A stretch of DNA of 64,000 nucleotides from Squalus acanthias (GCA_030390025.1 CM059432.1:3968001-4032000), one strand, 5' to 3'; positions 51,471-63,659 are shown, numbered from the stretch's first letter. Numbers and translations are program-made. The notes: generated by a model from the sequence alone, not told the origin.

Positions 51471-52097
51471 CACCATCATCTGCAAGTTCCCCTCCAAGTC
51501 ACACACCATCCTGACTTAGAAGTATATTGGCCGTTCCTTCATCGTCGCTGGGTCAAAATCCTGGAACTCCCTCCCTAACAGCACTGTGGGAGCATCTTCA
51601 CCACACGGACTGCAGCGGTTCAAGAAGGCGGCTCACCACCACCTTCTCAAGGGCAATTAGGGAATGGCAATAAATGCTGGCATTGCCAGCGACACCCACA
51701 TCCCAGGAACTAATAAAAAAAAGGTTTTCTCCAAGCTTGAGCTGTCACACGCTTACGCGCAGCTGAATGTTGACGAAGAAAGTCAACAGTATCTCACTGT
51801 CAACGCACACAAGGGACTGTACTCATACACTCAGCTGCTGTATGGTGTAAAGTCCTCCCCCAAAATCTTCCCGGCTACGATGGATAAGATTTTGCATGGA
51901 GTTGCAAATTGCTTATTCAATCGATGTGCTGATTGCAACAAACAGCGAGGAAGAAAATCTAGAATAGTTAGATATAGTGCTTCAAAGGTTGAATGCCCAC
52001 AACGTCAAATTGAAAAGGAGCAAATGTGCTTTTGTGCGACCCGAGGTTGTGTACCTTGGTTTAAAAGTTGATGCAAATGGCTTGCAACCAGTGAAGG

Positions 52098-52698
52098 TTG
52101 AAGGAGCGGTGATATACTTCCAAGTCATGATGGTGTGTGACTTGGAGGGGAACTTGCAGGTGGTGGTGTTCCCATGCACCTGCTGCCCTTGTCCTTCTAG
52201 GTGGTAGAGGTCGCGGGTTTGGAAGGTGCTGCTGAAGAAGCCTTGACGAGGTGAGCAGGTTGGGCCTATACTCATTGGAGTTTAGAAGAATGAGAGGTGA
52301 TCTTATTGAAACATATAAGTTTCTGAAGGGGCTTGACAGGGTAGATGCAGAGAGGATGTTTCCCCTCGTGGGGAAATCTAGAACTAGGGGGCATCATTTC
52401 AGAATAAGGGGAAAACCTTTTAAATCAGAAATGAGGAGGAATTTCTTCTCTCAGAGGGTCGTGAATCTTAGGAATTCTCTTCCCCAGAGAGCTGTGGAGG
52501 CTGGGTCATTGAATATATTTAAGGTGGAGATAGACAGATTTTTGAACGATAAGGGAGTGAAGGGTTATGGGGAGCGGGCAGGGAAGTGGAGTTGAGGCCA
52601 AGATCAGATCAGCCATAATCTTATTGAATGGCGGAGCAGGCTCAAGGGCCTAAATGACCTACTCCTGCTCCTACGTCTTATGTTCTTATGTTCTTATG
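52098..52698. mobile_element. tRNA-LINE fragment (minus) plus CR1 3' fragment (plus) inserted in Gypsy pol
   Basis: Interrupts ...LQPVK | VDAVINAP... Confidence 0.85.
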
Positions 52699-54140
52699 TA
52701 CAAGTTGATGCTGTCATCAATGCTCCCAAGCCACAGAATGTGTCTGAGTTAAGATCTGTCCTTGGAATGGTCCAGTACTACGCACAATTCTTACCTGAGT
52801 TAGCGACCATGTTAGCTCCATTGCACGAGCTCCTCAAGAAGGATGTACAGTGGAAGTGTGCAAAAGCGCAACAGGAAGCTTACGACGCTTGTAAGAGAAG
52901 ACTCTCCAGCGATGCTCTACTTGTGCACTACGACACAGAGCGTGAGCTTAATTTAGTGTGCGATGCTTCCAGCTACGGTGTGGGAGCTGTCATAAGCCAC
53001 GTAATGGATGATGGCCAAGAGAAACCAATCGCATTCGCATTGCGAAACCGCGCAAAGAGCGAAGGAAACTACATGCAAATTGAAAAGGAAGCACTCGCCA
53101 TAGTGTTTGGAATCAAGAAATTCCAACAGTTCCTGATTGGCAGAAAGTTTACCCTGATAACCGATCACAAACTGCTCCGAGCAATATTGGAGTCCAAATC
53201 TGCCATCCCTGCAGTGTTGTTGTCACAATATGACTGCACGATTGAATATCGCATCTCAAAGCAAAACACAATCGCAGATGCATTGTCCAGGTTGCCACAT
53301 GCGGACTCGTGTGTTGGGAGTGAAGGTGCTATTTTCATGCTTGGTGCAATTGACAAAGACTTTCCTGTGAATGCAACTGAGATTGCAGATGCGACTCAAA
53401 AGGACTCAGTACTGAAAAGAGTGTACGAAAACACCTTGAATGGACGGACTGATCAGTGTCTGGACACAGAAGTGAAACTATTCCATAACCGACGTACTGA
53501 ACTGTCTTGTGAGCAAGGTTGTGTCAAGTGGGGAAACAGAGTGGGGGTACCTACTTCTTTGAGAGACAGAATTCTGGCCGAACTTCAAATTGAACATCCA
53601 GGGATCGTTAATATGAAATCAATTGCAAGAAGCTTTGTTTACTGGCCTGGATTGGACAGTGATCTTAAATCACTTGCCAGCAAATGCAGTGTTTGCCAAA
53701 ATTGCAGAAACAAACCACCCAAAACTCCACTACAACCCTGGTCATGGCCAAGTAAACCTTTTCAGAGAGTACATGCAGACTTCTGTGAGAAAGCAAATGA
53801 TTATTTCCTGGTACTTGTAGATAGTCACTCAAAGTGAATTGAAGTGAAACACATGGGTTCAAATACTACAACTGAAAGTACCATAGATGAGTTGAGGTCT
53901 ATCTTCGCATGTCATGGCTTATCTGAAGAGCTTGTTTCTGACAATGGTCCTCAGTTCCGTTCTGTTCTATTCATAAAATGGAACGGTATCAAACACACTC
54001 TCGTTCTACCATATCATCCAGCTTCAAACGGAGCAGCTGAAAGGTCAGTCAGAATAGTAAAAGAAGCTCTCAAAAAGCAAGTGTTGCAGGGTTGTTCGGG
54101 ACTCAGCATGAAGAACGTTTGCCAAATTTCTTGCTGAAGT
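52699..54140 (+). pseudogene. Gypsy pol: RT connection, RNase H, integrase
   Basis: CDASSYGVGAVISH, IEKEALAIVFG, HPG..CSVC, RVHADF, SDNGPQF, SNGAAERSV; stop at 53835. Confidence 0.9.
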
Positions 54141-54828
54141 ACAGAACTACTCCGCAAATTACAACTGGACATATCCCAGCAGAACTCTTGATGAAGAGAT
54201 TGAGAACATGATTGAGTCTTGGTCGACCAAATTGGGTCTGAAGAGTTGAACAGAAACAGTTGAGTCAGAAACGTTATTGTGACAGCAATCAGAAAGAACA
54301 CAGTTTCAGAGAAAATGAGTGTGTTCGTGTTCTCAGTCCCCCCTGGCAAGTCGAGTTCACACAAGTGGGATGTCGGAACCATAGTAGAGGTTGGTGGAAC
54401 CAAGAGACATTTGGTTGAAATTGGTGACAAAATCTGAAGTGTTCATGTGGATCAAAGGATCTCTGCTAGAGATGAACCAAGGCATGATCGTGAACCACTT
54501 GATCATGAACACATACATGAGTTTGACTCCGTTCAGACTTCAGTAACCGAAGTACCAGGTTCAAACAAATCTGAGAGAGAAACAGGATCATCTTTGAGTT
54601 CGGAACCAAAACAAAAGAGCCCGAAAATTGGTTCAACACCAAAACCTTCAGTCAGGAGATCAGGAAGGCTCTGCCAACCTGCTATTAAACTGGATTTGTA
54701 GTTCACTTAAAAGAAAAAAAGCCGGGAGTTTTTGTTATGTGGGACATGTAATGCTGGGAAAGGTGGGACCATAGTTCTGTTGTATTTGAGAGGGGAATAT
54801 GTACATTTATTTTTAAGTGGGACTGCAG

Positions 54829-54953
54829 TGTAATGTATTATCACATGGTTTGGTATGAGCATGCTCAGTTCGCTCTGGCCTAGTAAAGCAAGCACATGGA
54901 CTAACAACTCATCCTCTCTCTGTCCTTCATTTGTTCCACCCACGTATATTACA
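54829..54953 (+). repeat. Probable Gypsy 3' LTR (5' boundary uncertain, could begin ~54733-54747)
   Basis: TGTAATGTA...TATATTACA, internal AGTAAA, followed by resumed CR1 3' UTR sequence. Confidence 0.55.
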
Positions 54954-55130
54954 GACAGCTCTTTCAAAGAGTCGGCATAGTCACGATGGTCTGAATGGCC
55001 TCCTTCTGTGCTGTGTGATTCTATGATTCTATGTAACATAGGGGGAATGGGACTGACTGGATTGCTCTACAGAGAGCCGGCACGGACTCAATGGGCTGAA
55101 TGGCCTCCTTCTGTGCCGTTATGACTCTAT

Positions 55131-56022
55131 GGGGGAGAAATTCAGTATCGCCCCATTTGGGGCGCAATTATCGGCCGGGCGCAAAGATTAGCGCCTGGCG
55201 CTAATTATCGCCACCGACTGCAAACTTGACTTTTATCGCCCCTGGAGGTGATTGGAGCGCTAAATCAGGCGCTTCACACCTGTCTTAAGGCGCAAAGGCC
55301 GAGGAGCGAGGCGCTACCTCAGAGCGCTGGCGAAGCTCATGTGATGTCAGTCAGCAATGGAACACACACACAATGGCACGGGCCAGTTCTTAAAGGGGAG
55401 GGTTGATCTTGCTTTCCATCCACATCCTGCTCATTGCAGCCTTGAATTTCGGCCTGGAGAGACCGGTACATCAAATCTGCTGGAAAGAACAATGGAGAGT
55501 ACCAGGGAAAGAGCTCAGAGTGCAGCCCCCACAGTCTCTTCTAAATCGATACAAGGAAGGGCAAATCAAAATGAACCTGCAAAGTGCTGCTCAGTACCCA
55601 AAACACCTTCACACAGCATTGCATTTCTCCAGAAGTCTCTCTCCCTCTCTCTCAGAAAGCGTGGTTCAAAAATGTCACCAACAATAAAAGGCAGGAAGCG
55701 GTCGCCTTTAAATAGCGCTCCCCCAGTCCCTTCCTGACTGCAAAACGCTCCCCTCAACCTGTCGTTGCTAGCGGCAGGCGGTAAGGCAGGGGGCGCCACT
55801 TAATATCCGCTCCGGGGCGATACCGGGGCGTTGCGCACTCGACTGACGTCACGATCTGCCGGCGCAGGAGATCGTGGTGGTAGTGTTTAGCGCCGCCGCA
55901 AAATGTCTAGTTAATTTCGCGAGCGGTGCAAACATCGCCGCGCCTGGGCGCTAGATGCTTTGCACCCCATTAGCGCCCTCTTAAGGCGCTAACGGGAGGC
56001 GCAACCAACTGAATTTTCCCCC
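55131..56022 (+). mobile_element. Harbinger-type non-autonomous element
   Basis: TIR gggggagaaattcagt / actgaattttccccc, TSD TAT, inserted in a CR1 tail; retains MESTRERAQ, resembling a Myb ORF start. Confidence 0.85.
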
Positions 56023-56374
56023 TATGGCTCTAGTTATGACTCTGTATCACGAATACCGCACGCTGCATCTTGGTGTATTGTGGCTAACCTGAGTGTGCCT
56101 GCTTTCCACCTGAAAAAGTGTTCCACATCCCAGCTCTGACAGCCTTCACCTCGAGAAGCACAGCCTATATAATTAAGCTTAAAAACGTTTTAAGAGAGTT
56201 TATGGTGTTCACCTTTTGCTAAACACATACTAGATCTAAGAACAATTTAATGGCATTTGTTCAGAGAAAAGCACAACACCTTGCTGATAGAAGTCAAAGG
56301 TTCACAGCACATATTAGCCTTGATGTGAACCAGAATAAACTACGGTTTGCCTCACAGGGTTGCTGCTCTCCACA

Positions 56375-56826
56375 ACAATAGCAACTTCTATTTAAACCGC
56401 ACCTCTAATATTGCAAAACCTCCCAAGGTGCTTCACAGGAGCGATTATCAAGCAAAACGTGACGCCGAGCCACACGAGGAGAGATTGGGACAGGCGACCA
56501 AAAGCTTGCTCAAAGAGGTAGGTCTTAAGGAGCGTCTTAAAGGAGGAGAGAGAGATAGCGAGGCAGAGAGGTTTAGGGAGGTTCCAGAGCTTAGGGCCTC
56601 ATCGGCTGAAGGCATGGCCACCAATGGCGGGGCGATGAAAATCGGGGGATGCGCAAGAGGCCAGAATTGGAGGAGCGCAGAGATCTCGGGAGGGTTGTAG
56701 GGGCTGGAGGAGGTGACAGAGATAGGTGGGGGGGGGGGGGGGGTGGGCGGCGAGGGCCATGGAGGAATAGGAAAACAAAGATGAGAATTTTTAAAATCAA
56801 GGCGTTGCCTAACCGGGAGCCAATGT
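56375..56826 (-). mobile_element. L2 3' fragment
   Basis: L2 tail similarity. Confidence 0.8.
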
Positions 56827-57304
56827 ATCTGACTCCGAGAAAGGTTAGTTCTATTTTGGAGGGCGTTACACGGAGTGGAGCCATTGTTGGATTCTGTGGA
56901 AACAACACAGCAGCAGAAGCAATGACGATGTTGTTGTTCATGGGTGTTACTGCTAGAATTCCACGAGGAGTAAATCTAAGTGAAAGAGGCATTGATAATA
57001 TATTGCTGTCACACGGCAACATCGGGGTCATTTCCCATAAGGCCTTCTGTTTATATTGCTTGCCAGGCATGGTTTTATTTATTATTGGTTGAACAGCTTT
57101 TCTTTTGCGGTTTTCCTCTCAGTGGGGAACGCATACTGCTGGAAATGGGTCAATGAAGTGCAAATGAAGCTACAGGAAACATTTTTATTTCTCTTTTGGT
57201 AATAAATACAGTTGCTCAAGTGGTTCTCCAGCATCTCTCAGAGCACAGTCCTTGCCTCTGTAAGACAGGAGCATCTTAGAACATCTTTCAGGAGAGTATC
57301 TATT

Positions 57305-58067
57305 GGCCCAGAAATTCGCCTCTCCGGCTTGCCGCGGGGGTAAGGATCGCGCGCGCACTTACCTACCGCGCCTGCCGTTGTGTTTTGGGCCCACGGGAAC
57401 TTCAGCTCCTGGGCCTCTCCCAACTGCCGGCGCGCAGTGCGTGCGTGTCCCAGGGGCGCAGTTAGTGCGATGCTTCCCCTGGGATCACGTGGGCCATGGA
57501 GAGCCAATGGCAGCAGACCATCTTTCATTCATAGATTTGACAGGAAGACCTGTCAAATCTGTGAATTGAAATCGGCCCCAAAAGAACAGCTAAACTTAAA
57601 CTAAATAAAAAAAAAACCATCACATTTATAAAATAACTATAGTTAAATAAATTAACCACTTTAAACAAAAATTAAAATTAAAAAAAAAATTAAAATCTTT
57701 CTAAAAAAGATAAAAATAAACTTACCTTTCTTTAACGTATCTAAAAAAGATAAACCTGTTGACATTTTTTTTTAATTATACTTAATTAACCACTTACCTT
57801 GTTGAAAACGGCTCCTGCGCCTCCTTTTTAAAAGCGTAGGTTCTTCAATACTTACCCTCCCGTAGAAACCTGAAAAAAAATCTAAGTTTGCTGCGTACGC
57901 GCAGCCTCTACCGCGTACGCAGTTCACCTAGGAACCGCCCCCTTCACCAGACCGGAAGTTCCGGTTTCCCGCGCATGCGCAGTGCATGCAGGAAACCGGC
58001 ACTTCGGGACGCCTTGCGGGTGAGTATGGACTGTGTACTCACCCGGGAAGGGCCGAATTTTTGGCCC
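57305..58067 (-). mobile_element. Harbinger-type MITE, same family as 25007-25592
   Basis: TIR ggcccagaaattcg / cgaatttttggccc, TSD ATT. Confidence 0.85.
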
Positions 58068-58078
58068 ATTATTTATTC

Positions 58079-60398
58079 AGTGTCAGCCGTGGGTCAGTGG
58101 GCAGCACCCTCACCTCTGAGTCAGAAGGTTCATAATCTCACTCCAGAGACTTGAGCACAAAATCTAGGCTGACACTCCCAATGCAGTGCCGAGGGAGCGC
58201 CGCACTGTTGGAGGTGAGGTCTTTCAGATGAGAACATAAGAAATAGGAGCAGGAGTAGGCCATTCGGCCCCTCGAGCCTGCTCTGCCATTCAATAAGATC
58301 ATGGCTGATCTGATCTTAGCCTCAACTCCACTTTCCCGCCCGCTCCCCGTAACCCTTGACTCCCCTGTAGCTCAAATATATGTCTATCTCCACCTTGAAT
58401 ATATTCACTGACTCAGCCTCCACAGCTCTCTGGGGTAGAGAATTTCAAAGATTCACGACCCTCTGAGAGAAGAAATTTCTCCTCATCTCTGTTTTAAATA
58501 GGTGACCCCTTATCCTGAAACTGTACCCCCTAGTTCTAGATTCCCCCACGAGGGGAAACATCCTCCCTGCATCAACCCTGTCAAGCCCCCTCAGAATCTT
58601 AGATGATTCAATAAGATCACCTCTCATTCTTCTAAACTCCAATGAGTATAGGCCCAACCTGCTCAACCATTCTTCATAAGACAACCCCTTCATCTCAGGA
58701 ATTAACCTAATGAACCTTCTCTGAACTGCCTCCAATGCAAGTATATCCCTCCTTAAATAAGGAGACCAAAACTGCACGCAGTACTCCAGGTGTGGTCTCA
58801 CCAGTGTCCTGTACAGTTGTAGCAAGACTTCCCTACTTTTATACTCCGTACCCCTTGCAATAAAGGCCAACATTCCATTTGCCTTCCTAATTACTTGCTG
58901 TACCTGCATGCTAACTTTTTGTGTTTCATGTACGAGGACCCCCAGATCCCTCTATACCGCAGCATTATGTAGTCTCTCTCCATTTAAATAATAATTTGCT
59001 TTTTTATTTTTCCTACCAAAGTGGATAACCTCACATTTTCCCACATTATGCTCCATCCACCAACATTTTGCCCACTCACTTAACCTATCTATATCCCTTT
59101 GCAGACTCTTTGTGTACTCCTCACAACTTGTTTTCCCACCTATCTTTGTATCATCAGCAAATTTGGCTACAGTACACACGGTCCCTTCATCCAAGTCATT
59201 AATATAGATTGTGAATAGTTGCGGCCCCAGCACTGATCCCTGTGGCACCCCACTAGTCACAACGGGGCCTTGGTTTAACGTCTCAAACAGAGTCAACATG
59301 GTTTTATGAAAGGGAAATCGTGTTTGACCCATTTATCCCGACTCTTTGTTTTCTGTTAGCTAGCCAATCCTCTATCCATGCTAATATATTACCCCCAACC
59401 CCGTGAGCTCTTATCTTGTGCAGTAACCTTTTATGTGACACCTTATCAAATGCCTTCTGGAAATCCAAATACAGAAACGCCACACTATAGGAAGGATGTG
59501 ATTGAATTGGAGAGGGTGCAGATGAGATTCTCCAGGATGTTACCTGGGCTGCAGCGCTTCAGCTATGAAGAGAGACTGGACAGGCTGGGGTTGTTTTCCT
59601 TAGAGCAGAGAAGGCTGAGGGGGGACCTGATTGAGGTGTACAAAATTATGAGGGGCGTGGATAGGGTAGATAGAAAGGAACTTTTCCCCTTAGTAGAGGG
59701 GTCAATAACCAGGGGGCATAGTTTCAAGGTAAGGGGCAGGAGGTTTAGAGGGGATTTGAGGAAAAACTGGAATCTGGAACTCACTGCCTGAAAGGGTGGT
59801 AGAGGCAGGAACCCTCAACATTCAAGAAGCATTTAGATGAGCACTTGAAATGCCATAGCATACAAGGCTACGGACCAAGTGCTGGAAAATGGGATTCGAA
59901 TAGACAGGGCTTGATGGCCGGCGCAGACACGATGGGCCGAAGGGCCTCTTTCTGTGCTGTATAATGACTACATCTACTGGTTCCCCTTTATCAACCCTGC
60001 TTATTACATCCTCAAAGAACTCCATCAAATTTGTCAAACACGATTGCCCTTTCATAAAACCATATTGACTCTGTTTGAGACGTTAAACTGAGGCCCCGTC
60101 TGCTCTCTCAGGTGGACGTAAAAGACCCCGCAGCCACTATTTCGAAGAAGAGCAGGGGTGTTATCCCCAGTGTCCTGGGCCAATGTTTATCCCTCAATCA
60201 ACATAACAAAAACAGATTATCTGGTCATTATCACATTGCTGTTTGTGGGAATCTTGCTGTGCGCAAATTGGTTGCCACGTTTCCTACATTACAACAGTGA
60301 CCACACTTCAAAATAGTACTTCATTGGCTGTAAAGCGGTTTGGGACATTCCAAGATCGTGAAAGGCGCTATAGAAATGCAAGTCTTTCTTTTTTTTTA
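58079..60398 (+). mobile_element. DeuSINE (58079-58231, 60076-60398) split by a minus-strand CR1 (58232-60075) that itself contains a plus-strand CR1 (~59475-59965)
   Basis: tgaga repeated at both junctions; aaatccaaatac|actacatctac continuity. Confidence 0.85.
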
Positions 60399-60636
60399 AT
60401 TTAAGGCACTCACCAGTGCATAGAGTGATTTCCTCAGTCAAAGTCTGCCGTGGCATGAACTTCAAATGATTCCTCCTCTGAAGACTCTGGTCACCAGTGA
60501 TCACTTGATAGACGATCTCTTAAATATTTTACCGTCTCGTCACTTATTCACCAAGTGCAGAAGTGACCGCAGGTATTTCTCTTCCGCCATACAGTCCACT
60601 CACTTTACAATGACATTAAAGTGTCTGCGTGTGATG

Positions 60637-63411
60637 GAATTTAGAAGAATGAGAGGTGATCTTATTGAAACATATAAGATACTGAGGGGGCTCGACAAGG
60701 TAGATGCAGAGAGGATGTTTCCCCTCGTGGGGAAATCTAGAACTCGGGGGCATAGTCTCAGAATAAAGGGTCGCCCTTTTAGAACTGAGATGAGGAGGGA
60801 TTTCTTCTCTCAGAGGGGAATTATGGGATGTGTTCATTCTGCATTAGGGCAGCGCACCAGTTGAATCTGTCACACTGTCGTGGTAAACTTCACTGAATCT
60901 CCATTTGACTGAATTTACAAGTGACCAAATGTACCGAGAAGCTTTGAGGGCAAGAGACTGCTTGGCTAAAAACATTTGCAAAACAAGTGATGTGCTGGTA
61001 CTTTTCCTTCAAAAGATAAGCTCTTGAAAATTCTGTGAGAACTACGGGTCAACAACCCTGCAGATGAGAAAAACAATGACCACACCTGGAGTACTGCGTA
61101 GTTTTGGTCTCCTTATTTAAGGAAGGATATACTTGCATTGGAGGCAGTTCAGAGACGATTCACACGGTTGATTCCAGATATGAGGGGGTTGACTTATGAA
61201 GAAAGGTTGAACAGGCTGGGCCTCTACTCACTGGAATTTAGAAGAATGAGAGGTGATCTTATTGGAACATATAAGATACTGAGGGGGCTCGACAAGGTAG
61301 ATGCAGAGAGGATGTTTCCCCTCGTTGGGGAAATCTAGAACTTGGGGGCATAGTTTCAGAATAAAGGGCCGCCCTTTTAGAACTGAGATGAGGAGGAATT
61401 TATTCTCTCAGAGGGTCGTAAATCTGTGGAATTCTCTGCCCCAGAGAGCAGTGGAGGCTGGGTCATTTAAGGTGGAGATACAGATTTTTGCAAGATAAGG
61501 GAGTGAAGGGTTATGGGGAGCGGGCAGGGAAGTGGCTTTGAGCCCAAGATCAGCCATGACCTTATTGAATGGCGGAGCAAGCTCGAGGGGCCAAGTGGCC
61601 TATTCCTGCTCCTATTTCTTATGTTCTAATGACTCCCTCCAGTCCTTGGAGTTTGACCTTGGTCAGCTAAGCATCAAAACAGATAGGAGGAGAGAGAGAG
61701 AGAGAGAGACAACATTCCCCACAGTCTGAAACATGAATGCTGGGGGCCAGTTGCCAAGTTTTGGGGTGTAAGTGTTATTGGACACTGAGATTCGGGGCTA
61801 TAGTCGATGGTGACCTGGTCAGTTGCCAGTTAAAGTCAATCATACGTCTAGTCATCATTGAACTGACCTCTCATCTGGTGAATAGTATGTATGTGGTTTT
61901 TGCTTATAATCACCTGAGCTTGAAGTAAATGATTTTCGATGCTTGCTTGTGGTAAGTACATGAATTGAGTACAGTTTGTATTCTGGTAATCACTTGTAAC
62001 CTCTTGTTGATTTTTAAGTAAAGAAGTTTCACAGATTCATTGGGTTTTGTGTTGTCTGTTCCCCGGGTCTGAACTCTATGAACTGTCAGACAATCAGAAC
62101 GTCTTACAAATCATTGAATATTCCATACAGATCTGTTCTGTCCCCTTCATTATCATGAATAAATAGTTACACAACAACAACTTGCATTTATATAGCGCCT
62201 TTAATGTAGTAAAACGTCCCAGGGTGCTTCACAGGAGCGATTTGACACCGAGCCACATAAGGAGATATTAGGACTTGTGACCAAAAGCTTGGTCGAAGAG
62301 GTAGGTTTTAAGGAGCACCTTAATGGAGGAGAGAGAGGCGGAGAGGTTTAGGGAGGGAATTCCAGAGCTTGGGGCCCCAGGCAGCTGAAGGCACGGCCAC
62401 CAATGGTGGAGCGATGGAAATCGGGGATGCGCAAGAGGCCAGAATCGGAGGAGCGCAGAGATCTCGGAGGTTTGTGGGGCTGGAGGAGGTTATGGAGAAG
62501 GTGGGGGGTGGGGGAGGGGAGGCCATGGAGGGCTTTGAAAACAAGGGAGCAGCAACTTTGACACTATCCGAGGTGTCTAAGATGATTAAAGGAGTTGATA
62601 GGGTAGAGATAGAGAGAAACTATTTCCTCCGGTGGGGGGAGTCTAGAACAAGGGGGCATAGCCTTAAAATCCATATACAACGCATCTATTCCATTCTCTT
62701 TATCAGTCCTTTCTTGAAAAACTCTATTAAATTTGTCAAATATGATTTGCCTTGGAACAAGTTCATGCTGACTGTCTTTTGATTATCTCTAAATACCCAC
62801 CAAGTTGATCTTGAATTATAGATTCTGAGAATTTGCCCGCAACTGTCATTGGAGTCAATGATCCAATGATCCGTCGTTTGTTGGCCCAGCCTGTCCTGAA
62901 CAAAGGTGTACACCAGCTACTCTCGAGTCCAACAGTACAAGTTGTGTCTCAAAGGAAGATTGGAAAAATATGTTCAGAGTCTCTGAATTCCGATCAATAG
63001 CCTACGGGGAATGTCAACAGGGTGAGTGATCTGCCTTGACCTCCGCTAATTATTCCACAATCAATTCCTTTCCTGCAGTCACCTTGCGCAACTGTTCCGC
63101 CCCCCCCCCCGCCCCCCTTTTAGTATGAATGCACTCTTATGTCCACTGTATAACCAGATGAAAAATATTTACTTTGTGTCTCCGCCACGCCTTCACCTCC
63201 GTGACTAAGATTCCTGGCTTCATTCCCAAGCGGATTATCTGGTCATTGTCACGTTTGCTCTTTGTGGGATCTTGCTGTGCGCATATCAGGCTGCCGCCTT
63301 TCCTACATTACAACAGCGACTACACGTCAAAAACGTACTTCATTGGCTGTAAAGCGCTTTGGGACGCCCTGAATTGGTGAAAGGCGCTATAGCAGTGCAA
63401 GTTTTTTCTTT
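60637..63411. mobile_element. CR1 fragments (60637-60817, 61078-61627 plus; 62560-63000 old), L2 (62171-62545 minus), DeuSINE 3' part (63232-63411 plus), separated by unassigned sequence
   Basis: Family motifs as in the other copies. Confidence 0.75.
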
Positions 63412-63461
63412 GATGTCATGGGACCATCCAATGCTATTTTAAGACAGAACCGGAGGGAGCC

Positions 63462-63659
63462 GTGAGCCCTGCGTGTTCCACCCGGTATCTACTGTGCGCC
63501 TTGCGTGTTCCACCCGGTATCTACTGTGCGCCTTGCGTGTTCCACCCGGTATCTACTGTGAGCCCTGCGTGTTCCACCCGGTACCAGCTGTGTGCCTTGC
63601 GTGTTCCACCTGATATCTACTGTGAGCCCTGTGTGTTCCGTCCGGTACCAGCTGTGCGC
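63462..63659. repeat. 32-bp minisatellite x~6
   Basis: gtg(a/c)gcc(c/t)tgcgtgttccacccggtatctact, units every 32 bp from 63462. Confidence 0.92.

Larger units (their letters stand above)
47589..51718 (+). mobile_element. Near full-length single-ORF APE-RT LINE with tRNA-derived 5' head (clade unassigned), degraded, containing a solo LTR
   Basis: TSD aaaagg (47583-47588, 51719-51724); EN NIWGL, DIVMLTES, GDFN, SSDH; RT GPDNIP, ALDIKATFD, PQSSVLGP, FADD; AATAAA and A-rich tail. Confidence 0.9.
47380..54953 (+). mobile_element. Decayed Ty3/Gypsy LTR retrotransposon (5' part missing), host to nested insertions
   Basis: Protease-linker remnant LPIIV..PTFMGKDW at ~47385; RT VFSKLELSHAY, YGVKSSP at 51722-52097; RNase H and integrase at 52699-54140; terminal TGTAAT...ATTACA. 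Confidence 0.88.

Noticed and set aside
56591..57092. Overlapping 147- and 159-aa ORFs on both strands
   Set aside because: Partly L2 sequence, no recognisable domain and no convincing splice sites.
60405..60520. Possible minus-strand host exon ending at a GTGAGT donor
   Set aside because: No clear acceptor, no recognisable peptide and no partner exons.
6235..60837. Many 60-160 aa antisense ORFs over LINEs
   Set aside because: Shadow ORFs opposite CR1, L2 and tRNA-LINE coding sequence that recur only because the repeats do.
63462..63659. 32-bp repeats as a CRISPR array (likewise the 41- and 69-bp arrays)
   Set aside because: Units are contiguous with no unique spacers, there are no cas genes, and the context is eukaryotic.
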